Source of the DNA: a virus
Lineage: Duplodnaviria > Caudoviricetes
Direction: 5' to 3' (one strand)
Length of the DNA stretch: 63,560 nt
IMG/VR virus record: IMGVR_UViG_3300030382_003361
Coordinates: 1 to 63,560 of that record
In this document: one piece after another, positions 18,780 to 26,221 of the stretch
Position numbering within the stretch: position 1 is the stretch's first letter
Layout of the letters: every line of letters begins with the position of its first letter
The notes under the pieces: model-generated
The model's input: only the letters and a program-made list of their open reading frames with translations
The model's database searches: none
Told to the model about the DNA's origin: nothing
Translations under genes and position numbers: made by a program

Positions 18780-19176
18780 ATTTATTCATCTCTATAATCA
18801 TATTCCTATATACTTTGTCCATATAAGAAGCGTCATGCCTAAATAAAGGGTTGATGTTTGGAGACTCTCCAATTTCTTCGCCTTCTAATTTTTTATAGAT
18901 AGTATCTACCAGCCGCTTACCTTTATAGGATAGTTCGTATAAAGTAGTGTGTTTCCCTACCCGTTTACGCCAGACGTGAATCCACCCCTTTTTTAAAAGG
19001 ATATTAAACCGGGCGGTATCCCAAGACATTACCTCTTCAAACTCTTTAAACCGTGTTTTATTAAAAATTTGTTCGCTGTAGAGAAAAAGTAGCATATCAA
19101 TATCCGGTGTGCCAATCTTATATTTTGCTTTTATCCAATACCGGATAACACGCCAGTATTTCATATAATTTTTCAT
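18745..19176 (-). CDS. Putative winged-helix (MarR-like) regulator
   Basis: LLKKGWI...YELSYKGK wing pattern; lone minus-strand gene in late arm. Confidence 0.6.
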   Translation of the reverse strand: MKNYMKYWRVIRYWIKAKYKIGTPDIDMLLFLYSEQIFNKTRFKEFEEVMSWDTARFNILLKKGWIHVWRKRVGKHTTLYELSYKGKRLVDTIYKKLEGEEIGESPNINPLFRHDASYMDKVYRNMIIEMNKFIRQQRHLAQR

Positions 19177-19189
19177 TTAATTAAATTTG

Positions 19190-19211
19190 TATCTTTGCAA
19201 CTACAAAAGTA
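19190..19211. promoter_or_regulatory. Face-to-face -7 boxes
   Basis: TATCTTTG (+) at 19190-19197; TACTTTTG (-) at 19204-19211. Confidence 0.6.
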
Positions 19212-19227
19212 CTAAAAACAAATTAGC

Positions 19228-19962
19228 ATGGCTAACGGCAAATACAGAGTAAAGAAAGTCGACCCTGGATTTCATCCTGTTAAAAAAGAAAAGGATGACT
19301 CTAAGAAAAAGAAAATTTCTAAAGAAAAAAAGGCTTCTCTAACAAATACTGAAATTGAGCGTAAGAAAAAACTAACTAAGCAACAGTTAGATCATAAAGA
19401 AAAATTAAAAAAAGAAAAGGAGAAGTTTGAAAAGAAGGGGAAAAAATCTGTAGAGAAGAAGAAGAAGAAGATCCAAAAAGCTAAAGATAAAGAAACTAAA
19501 AAGTGGGATAAAACTAAGAAAAGATATACTAAGAGAACAACCAGATACGATAAGAGAAGTAAAAAAATACAAGAGAGAATTAAAAAACTTCAAGCAGATG
19601 GGGTTACTCCAAAGGAAAAAATAAAGATCAACAAGCTCAAGGATAAGTTAGAAAAGAAAAGAAAAACGATAGAACGAAAAAGGTATGAGAGCCAAAAAGA
19701 CGCTACTCTTAAGAAAGAGAAAAAGGTAAAAAAAGTAAAAGAGAAGTATGACAAAAAAGGAAAAAAATCTTACGCTGCAGCGAAAAAGAAAGCACAGCGC
19801 CTAAGAGATAAAAATTATGCCGAGCGCGAAAAAATTAAGACTAAGATGCGAAAAAAGAAGGAGAGAGCTGAGAGAAAAGAAGGAAGAAAAAAGAGAAGAA
19901 TGGCTTCAACCGGATTTAGAAGATGGGATGGCACATGGACTAAGCCTGGAGACGTCGAATAG
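19228..19962 (+). CDS. Extremely Lys-rich protein
   Basis: About one third Lys; 244-codon open frame. Confidence 0.75.
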   Translation: MANGKYRVKKVDPGFHPVKKEKDDSKKKKISKEKKASLTNTEIERKKKLTKQQLDHKEKLKKEKEKFEKKGKKSVEKKKKKIQKAKDKETKKWDKTKKRYTKRTTRYDKRSKKIQERIKKLQADGVTPKEKIKINKLKDKLEKKRKTIERKRYESQKDATLKKEKKVKKVKEKYDKKGKKSYAAAKKKAQRLRDKNYAEREKIKTKMRKKKERAERKEGRKKRRMASTGFRRWDGTWTKPGDVE

Positions 19963-19971
19963 CCAATCATC

Positions 19972-20241
19972 ATGACTAAAGAGTTAAGCGAAAATACTAT
20001 CTTTAATGTGAGCGTCAAAACTCTTATTGCTATTGGAGCGGCTATTGGGACTGTTATTAGCATGTGGTTCATGCTCCAGGCAGATATAGCAGACGCTAAA
20101 GAATTACCAGAACCAGCTATAACCAGGATAGAGTTTGATATGAAAGATGAGCTTATTCGCCAAACTATTATGTCAACAAAAGACGATGTAGAGGAAATTA
20201 AAGAAGATATAAAAATGATTAAAGCAAAGCTTTATGAGTAA
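19972..20241 (+). CDS. Single-TM coiled-coil protein
   Basis: N-terminal hydrophobic helix, coiled tail. Confidence 0.7.
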   Translation: MTKELSENTIFNVSVKTLIAIGAAIGTVISMWFMLQADIADAKELPEPAITRIEFDMKDELIRQTIMSTKDDVEEIKEDIKMIKAKLYE

Positions 20242-20614
20242 ACTCAGCCCTGTATGGAGGATATTTATATCCTATCTTTTAATAATATTTTTTGTATTAT
20301 TAGCAGCAGGCGCTTTTAGTCAGACAAGATTGTGTGAAGAAAAAATTTGCGTGGTAGAGTTTAATGCTTATTGGAATAAAAACAATAGTGTGAACTGGTT
20401 AGATAGTTTAGAAAACTGTGGGGTAATAAGAATACTCATAACAGATAAAGAAATGTTGAAAGATATACAAAATAGATATAAAATACAGAATGTACCTACA
20501 ATAATTATTTTTAATGGCGAGGAGAGACAAAGATTCCAGGCTTGCCTGAGATTTAAGATGGGGGTGCAGAAAGAAGAGGTTCAAGCATTAGTGGATAAAA
20601 TATTATTGGAATAA
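20234..20614 (+). CDS. Exported thioredoxin-fold protein lacking CXXC
   Basis: Signal/TM, VVEFNAYWN, NVPTIIIFNG. Confidence 0.65.
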   Translation: MSKLSPVWRIFISYLLIIFFVLLAAGAFSQTRLCEEKICVVEFNAYWNKNNSVNWLDSLENCGVIRILITDKEMLKDIQNRYKIQNVPTIIIFNGEERQRFQACLRFKMGVQKEEVQALVDKILLE

Positions 20615-20619
20615 TATGT

Positions 20620-20627
20620 TATCTTTG
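20620..20627 (+). promoter_or_regulatory. -7 box
   Basis: TATCTTTG upstream of 20653. Confidence 0.65.
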
Positions 20628-20652
20628 TAAATAATTTTAAAAACAAAAAACA

Positions 20653-21048
20653 ATGAGAAAGTACATACTAACAGTTGGGATCGCATTGATATCATTAGGC
20701 GCATCTGCGCAGTGGATGGTAACAACGACGGTTAACCAACCAGCAAACGGAGAGAGCTGGGCAACCGCTCACTTCACGGACAATATGGGAATTGGCTACA
20801 TGCACAAAAACATGGTAGCTGGAGTAGTAAAAAATGGAGAGGATTATGATATATTTGGGAGATATGGGATAAATGATAATGTATATGTTGCGGCTCAAAT
20901 GGCAACAGATTCTACACATAATTTGAATATAGGAATTGGATATTCATTAAATGTATGGAAAGGATTATCGATCGAGCCATATTACATCAAAGAGCTGGAT
21001 TCAGATGAAGAGGGTAGTTTTAAATTAGGATTAAGTTATAAACTTTAA
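20653..21048 (+). CDS. Putative small outer-membrane beta-barrel
   Basis: Signal peptide ending ASA-Q, alternating strands, C-terminal GLSYKL. Confidence 0.6.
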   Translation: MRKYILTVGIALISLGASAQWMVTTTVNQPANGESWATAHFTDNMGIGYMHKNMVAGVVKNGEDYDIFGRYGINDNVYVAAQMATDSTHNLNIGIGYSLNVWKGLSIEPYYIKELDSDEEGSFKLGLSYKL

Positions 21049-21060
21049 AAAATAGAAAAC

Positions 21061-21285
21061 ATGGAAAATATTTTTAATATGGTAAGCGGATTTTTTAGTA
21101 AAATGACATCATTGTTCGTAGGATTATTATCTTTCGGAGTAATGGCAGAAATTTTATTTGGAAGTCCAGTGATGGGTATGTCTGTGATCGGTAACGTAAT
21201 GGACATTATAAATCTTTTAGGAAATAACGGAGTGGTTGGATTAATAGCGCTCGTTATACTTTACGAATTAATTAATAAAAAATAA
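21061..21285 (+). CDS. Small hydrophobic membrane protein
   Basis: Two or three hydrophobic segments. Confidence 0.7.
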   Translation: MENIFNMVSGFFSKMTSLFVGLLSFGVMAEILFGSPVMGMSVIGNVMDIINLLGNNGVVGLIALVILYELINKK

Positions 21286-21289
21286 AATT

Positions 21290-21556
21290 ATGGCCAAAGA
21301 ATTATCCGCCTTTGAAAAAGCTTTTGCGGCAGCACGCAAGAAAGGGAAATCTAAATTTATCTTTCACGGTAAAAGTTATACTACTGAACTTGCAGAGCCT
21401 AAGAAAAAGGCTACGATGACCAAAAATCTCCAGAAGAAGAATCAAGGGTTTAATATTAAAAAAGGTAAAATAAATGAGCCTGTATTGAAAAAGAAGGCGG
21501 GTACAGGGGGAGGGAACCCTTTTAAGACCCTCTCTAAGTTAGTAAAAAAGAAGTAA
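21290..21556 (+). CDS. Small basic protein
   Basis: FEKAFAAARKKG..F.FHGKSYTT. Confidence 0.7.
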   Translation: MAKELSAFEKAFAAARKKGKSKFIFHGKSYTTELAEPKKKATMTKNLQKKNQGFNIKKGKINEPVLKKKAGTGGGNPFKTLSKLVKKK

Positions 21557-21575
21557 TTAATAAAAACAAATAGTT

Positions 21576-21785
21576 ATGAAAAAGCAAGGTTACAACGCAA
21601 GATTAGACGAGTCATTAGGTAGTAAACACCGTGGTTCACATTCTCAGTCTTTAAAAGACCGTAGAGATGAATCTAAAGCTATGTCTAAAAAAGATTATGG
21701 TCACGCTTATGGCGGCGATCATAATATGTCGTATGAAAAAATTAATAACGTGAAGAAACATATTTCAGCACACATTAAAAAATAA
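21576..21785 (+). CDS. Small basic protein
   Basis: QGYNARLDESLG. Confidence 0.7.
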   Translation: MKKQGYNARLDESLGSKHRGSHSQSLKDRRDESKAMSKKDYGHAYGGDHNMSYEKINNVKKHISAHIKK

Positions 21786-21786
21786 T

Positions 21787-21993
21787 ATGGCAAAAAAAGG
21801 AAGAACCAAAAAAGAAAAGTTCCCTGAGATTAAAAAATCGCATGAGGGCAAGTTTACTGCTTGGGCAAAAAATAATGGATTTAAGGATGCTTGCAGCGCG
21901 GCAAACGCCGTAATGAAGAGTACCGATGATTATTCTGCCTCAGTAGTAAAAATGGCTAATTATGCGAAAAATTTTGGGTGTAGCCGAAAATAA
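21787..21993 (+). CDS. Small basic protein
   Basis: HEGKFTAWAK...ANYAKN. Confidence 0.7.
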   Translation: MAKKGRTKKEKFPEIKKSHEGKFTAWAKNNGFKDACSAANAVMKSTDDYSASVVKMANYAKNFGCSRK

Positions 21994-22087
21994 GGTTTGG
22001 GTAAATACTTTAAATCTAAATGGAATGAGTTGCTGCGAGCCTTATTAATAGGGTCTGGCGGATGCAATAAGAAAAATTGTAAATGCA

Positions 22088-22276
22088 ATGAAAAGAACAA
22101 GAGTTGACGATATCCCTATTAAAAAATCCAGAGGATTAGGGGATACGATAGAGAAATTTACTCAAGCAACAGGAATAAAAAAAGCAGTCGAAACCGTGGC
22201 GAAAGCCACGGGAGGCGGCTGCGGATGTAATAAACGTAGGGATTCGTTAAATAGAACGTTCCCTTATAATAAATAA
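22088..22276 (+). CDS. Small basic protein with CGC motif
   Basis: GLGDTIEKFT..TGIK...CGC..RR..LN. Confidence 0.75.
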   Translation: MKRTRVDDIPIKKSRGLGDTIEKFTQATGIKKAVETVAKATGGGCGCNKRRDSLNRTFPYNK

Positions 22277-22282
22277 ATAATT

Positions 22283-22765
22283 ATGGCATATCAAAAACTC
22301 CAAGTCGGCAAAGGGTTAGCAGTAATACTTTCAGACACAGTAAAAATACCTGACCCCTCAACACAAGTGTTAAGCGGAACAGCAAATTTTAGTGTGGCCA
22401 GTACATTAACAGATGTAGGCACAACCTTTTTAACAGCAGGTATTCAAGAAAATGCTATTGTATATAATACAACAGCAGGTATAGCTTATTATGTAACAGC
22501 GATTACAGATGATCTAAACCTTGCTTTATCTCCAGCTACAACCGGAGGTGCATCTGATGATTATGTTATATATAATGCGCCCTCTAACGGAAATGTTTTA
22601 TATGTAGGCGGTGCAGGAATTGTTTCAGTAATAATGGCAGGCGATAAAGACTCTGGTGTTACTACTGATTTTGCAGGCGTTCCAGCAGGAGCGTTTTTAC
22701 CTATTCAAGCAGTACAAGTAGCTACAACTACTACTACAGCGACTGACATTGTAGCACTTTGGTAA
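22283..22765 (+). CDS. Putative virion structural protein
   Basis: LYVGGAG...GAFLPIQ...DIVALW with inserted beta module. Confidence 0.7.
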   Translation: MAYQKLQVGKGLAVILSDTVKIPDPSTQVLSGTANFSVASTLTDVGTTFLTAGIQENAIVYNTTAGIAYYVTAITDDLNLALSPATTGGASDDYVIYNAPSNGNVLYVGGAGIVSVIMAGDKDSGVTTDFAGVPAGAFLPIQAVQVATTTTTATDIVALW

Positions 22766-22766
22766 T

Positions 22767-23960
22767 ATGCCTACAGGAATTGGAATCGGAATAGGAGGAG
22801 ATGTATTTAACACATTCCCAGGTGGTGGTGGTGGTGTTTCCGGTAGTCTGTACTCTGTTCGATTCGATGGCGGGACTCAAGAATTAAATTATACCGGAGG
22901 GATTCCTGTAATGGGAACATCGGGCACTGGAGATTGGACTGTCTCCTTTTGGTTTAAAGCGGTGCAAATAGCAACCGGTACTAATCAGCGAATTTTGTTT
23001 TTTCAAGGAACAGGGATGAATATCACCTGGTATCTCACCTCGACAGGACTTTTACAAGCAGGAGGGGCGTGGAACGATAGTTCTGTCTATTCTTTTTCAG
23101 ACGGCACCTGGTATAACGTTACCTATGTGGCAGACCGAAGTAATTCCTTGGGAGCCCCTACCGCTCGCGGATACTATTGGGTTGATGGGGTAATGACTGA
23201 CTACAAAGATATATCAGCTTCTACCGGAGCATTTCCTACTACCGGTAGTCAAACTATTATAGGAAATAATCCGAGCGGAATACAAGCTTTTGATGGGTGG
23301 GTAGATGAAGTGTCTATCTGGAATGGAACTCTCAGTGACGCGCGGGTAATAGATATTTATAATGGAGGCTCTCCAGTTGACCTTTATGGGCAGTCTGGAT
23401 TGAATCATTATTGGAGAATGGGTGATCCTAATGGCCCGGCTTCTTACCCCACAATTGTAGATGCGGCTTATCCGGCCTTAGGTTCTGAGCTTCTCTTAAA
23501 TACAGATTTTAGTGCGGGCGCTACTTATTGGTCAGGCAATCCCGCGCTGCCCTCCAGTTGGACTATTACAACTCAAGCAAATTATGATGGAGTAACAGGC
23601 GGACAGGAATTAATACAGAGGTTCTCAGACCAGATACCGGCAGGAACACCTCTTACAGCAGGTACAACAGTAAAGGTTGAATTTGATATATCAGATGTTG
23701 AACCAGCTAAAACTGCTTATTTTAGATTAGATTACAATGGTACTCCAGACCAAATATTTGGATATACAAACTTTTCTGCAGGCAAATATACTTATTACCA
23801 TACACTAACAGCTACACTTGACAGATTATCTTTTGCTGCTATAATTACAGGTACAGGAGGTTATTTTTCAATAAACAATGTATCACTTAAAGAAGTATAC
23901 GGATTACCGTTAACGATGGTTAATCAATCAAGCGCTAACATAACCACTGATGTACCATGA
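22767..23960 (+). CDS. LamG/concanavalin-like virion protein
   Basis: WTVSFWFK, FDGWVDEVSIWN, YWRMGD. Confidence 0.8.
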   Translation: MPTGIGIGIGGDVFNTFPGGGGGVSGSLYSVRFDGGTQELNYTGGIPVMGTSGTGDWTVSFWFKAVQIATGTNQRILFFQGTGMNITWYLTSTGLLQAGGAWNDSSVYSFSDGTWYNVTYVADRSNSLGAPTARGYYWVDGVMTDYKDISASTGAFPTTGSQTIIGNNPSGIQAFDGWVDEVSIWNGTLSDARVIDIYNGGSPVDLYGQSGLNHYWRMGDPNGPASYPTIVDAAYPALGSELLLNTDFSAGATYWSGNPALPSSWTITTQANYDGVTGGQELIQRFSDQIPAGTPLTAGTTVKVEFDISDVEPAKTAYFRLDYNGTPDQIFGYTNFSAGKYTYYHTLTATLDRLSFAAIITGTGGYFSINNVSLKEVYGLPLTMVNQSSANITTDVP

Positions 23961-24202
23961 TAACAAATGAATTAGCTACTCAATATGCGATAGCACCTAT
24001 GGATGATATAGACTTAATTGATCCTATAGAGGTATTAGGTTACAAAGACACCTGGAGAAGAAATTTAGAAGAATCAAAGCTTTTAATTGGCTTTGAAGGC
24101 CCTACGCCCGACACCTTATCCCTTTACACTATTTACTCCCATACTGACATGTTATCCCTCGTACGAGACCTCGAAGGAGGCTGGTATGAAGATAATGAAT
24201 AA
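23957..24202 (+). CDS. Small acidic partner of the LamG protein
   Basis: ATGA overlap. Confidence 0.65.
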   Translation: MITNELATQYAIAPMDDIDLIDPIEVLGYKDTWRRNLEESKLLIGFEGPTPDTLSLYTIYSHTDMLSLVRDLEGGWYEDNE

Positions 24203-24221
24203 AAAATCTTATATTTGCACT

Positions 24222-24311
24222 ATGAATTGGTATCAAACAACAACGATGGTAACAGAAGTAATATACGTTCAATCTTCTACGTACCCTATAGATGATGAGA
24301 GAAGTTCGTAA
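24222..24311 (+). CDS. Possible 29-aa leaderless peptide preceding the endolysin
   Basis: ATG 4 nt after TATATTTG (24210-24217). Confidence 0.4.
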   Translation: MNWYQTTTMVTEVIYVQSSTYPIDDERSS

Positions 24312-24708
24312 AATCATTATCCATTGCTCCGCGACTCGAGAAGGGCAACATATTTCTGCTGCCACTATAGATTCTTGGCATAAACAAAGAGGGTGGAAAG
24401 GAATAGGATACCATTTTGTTGTAGGCCTTGACGGGATTATGGAGTACGGACGATCCGTTGAAAAGGTAGGGGCTCACACTAAAGGATATAATAAGTCCAG
24501 TATTGGAGTATGTTATATAGGTGGGGTTGAAAAAGACGGAAAAACTCCTAAAGACACCAGAACGCCTGAGCAAAAAGACTCTCTTATTCATTTATTATCT
24601 ACATTAAAACGATTGCATCCTAATGCTATTATACATAGTCATAATAATTTTGCACATAAAGCCTGCCCTTCCTTTGACGCTACCGAAGAATATAAAGACT
24701 TAAAATAG
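24292..24708 (+). CDS. Endolysin, T7-lysozyme-like N-acetylmuramoyl-L-alanine amidase
   Basis: IIIHCSAT, GYHF, GAH, H....KACPSF. Confidence 0.93.
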   Translation: MMREVRKIIIHCSATREGQHISAATIDSWHKQRGWKGIGYHFVVGLDGIMEYGRSVEKVGAHTKGYNKSSIGVCYIGGVEKDGKTPKDTRTPEQKDSLIHLLSTLKRLHPNAIIHSHNNFAHKACPSFDATEEYKDLK

Positions 24709-25110
24709 ATGAGTATTTTAACAGAGATATTTAGCAGTGGGGCCGAAGGATTAGTAAAAGGAGTAGGTGATGTTCTTGACGACCTAACTACAAGCAAAGA
24801 AGAAAAGTTAGCTGCCGAGCAAAAAATAAAAGAATTAATTTCCAACTATGAAGTGGAGATGGAAAAAACAGTAACCGACAGATGGAAATCTGATATGGGA
24901 TCTGATTCTTGGTTAGCTAAAAATGTTAGGCCTATGGTTCTTATATTTTTAGTGATATCTACAGTCGTTATGATTTTTATTGATGCCGGAGAAATAAAGT
25001 TTGTAGTAGAACAGAAATGGACTGATCTATTACAGATAGTGCTTATTACCGTAATAGGAGCTTATTTTGGAGGCCGCTCATTTGAGAAAATACAAAAACC
25101 TAAGAAATAA
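24709..25110 (+). CDS. Holin (GTA 3TM-like)
   Basis: RW.SDM.SDSWL.KNVRP, TM helices, AYFGGRS. Confidence 0.8.
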   Translation: MSILTEIFSSGAEGLVKGVGDVLDDLTTSKEEKLAAEQKIKELISNYEVEMEKTVTDRWKSDMGSDSWLAKNVRPMVLIFLVISTVVMIFIDAGEIKFVVEQKWTDLLQIVLITVIGAYFGGRSFEKIQKPKK

Positions 25111-25116
25111 ATATTC

Positions 25117-25389
25117 ATGAAGAATTTAAAATACCCCCTCTTTATAATAGGGATTGGGTTTCTTGCTATTGGAATTTTTACTCTATTATGGGGCAAGGTG
25201 ACTACCGATTGGACAGGAACTACCCAAGGGGAATATGTATTTGATTCTATAAAAGCTCAAAGAGATCAGGACAGCATCGAAGCTTACTTAAAATGTTGGT
25301 ATGAACTATCTGATACTAATAGTAATGGAGAGATAGATGATACGGAGCATTTATGGGAAGGAGATAACGGAGAAACATTTTACGAGTAA
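25117..25389 (+). CDS. Membrane-anchored protein with EF-hand-like loop
   Basis: N-terminal TM; DTNSNGEIDDTE. Confidence 0.6.
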   Translation: MKNLKYPLFIIGIGFLAIGIFTLLWGKVTTDWTGTTQGEYVFDSIKAQRDQDSIEAYLKCWYELSDTNSNGEIDDTEHLWEGDNGETFYE

Positions 25390-25419
25390 AGGAAGTAAAA
25401 TACATTTCATAAGTTTTCT

Positions 25420-25427
25420 TATCTTTG
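25420..25427 (+). promoter_or_regulatory. -7 box
   Basis: TATCTTTG upstream of 25453. Confidence 0.65.
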
Positions 25428-25452
25428 CAGTTATTAACTTAACTTAAATACA

Positions 25453-25710
25453 ATGACAAAAACAATTGAAAAAAAAGAACTGGAGTCTCTGCAAAATTTG
25501 AACGCAGAATTTAATAAGATTAAAACCCAATTAGGGGATTTATCTTTACAGAAGCATAACTTATGTTTGAAGGTAGAACAAATTAAAGGAGAGTTTCAAG
25601 TTTTAGAAAAAGACTTAATGGAGAAGTACGGAGTAGACTCTGTAATTAACCTGGAAACCGGAGAAGTAAAAGAAAAAGAAAAAGAACCCGTAGATGGCAA
25701 AGATAAATAA
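25453..25710 (+). CDS. Coiled-coil protein, possible fibre chaperone
   Basis: Heptads, KYG...INLETGE. Confidence 0.7.
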   Translation: MTKTIEKKELESLQNLNAEFNKIKTQLGDLSLQKHNLCLKVEQIKGEFQVLEKDLMEKYGVDSVINLETGEVKEKEKEPVDGKDK

Positions 25711-26218
25711 CACCACCGTATATCCCAATGTACTACCGACAGCTAATGACTATGTGGTATTAACGGATGTTAATGATTCAGATCAAACTAAGACAGCGAC
25801 AGTTGCTGACTTTCAGTTATTTTTTGGAATTACAACATTAGAGGTAACTTTAACATCTACTCAGCTTTTAAACTCTTTTACCAACCCTGTTACTTTAGTT
25901 CCAGCTCAAGGAGCAGGGACATATATCATCCCTCAAGGACAAATGGTCTCTAAGGTTAATTATGGAACAGTAGCTTATGATTTTGGAGGTGATGTGTGGC
26001 TTGGACCTGCACTGGGAGGAGGGATATATTATTTTGCGTGGAATCAGAATTTCATGAATTGGGCATCATCTATAATCTTGGCAGGGCCGATAGGCATTTC
26101 CAGCCAGATGTTAATTGGCGCAGAAAATACAGATTTACTATTTTTTAGCGGAGCTAACCCTACTGTAGGAGATGGAACTTTGGACTTAAGCTTTCAATAT
26201 AAAGTAATAACAATATAA
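25694..26218 (+). CDS. Short fibre/spike-like protein
   Basis: N-terminus paralogous to the next gene. Confidence 0.65.
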   Translation: MAKINNTTVYPNVLPTANDYVVLTDVNDSDQTKTATVADFQLFFGITTLEVTLTSTQLLNSFTNPVTLVPAQGAGTYIIPQGQMVSKVNYGTVAYDFGGDVWLGPALGGGIYYFAWNQNFMNWASSIILAGPIGISSQMLIGAENTDLLFFSGANPTVGDGTLDLSFQYKVITI

Positions 26219-26221
26219 GAA

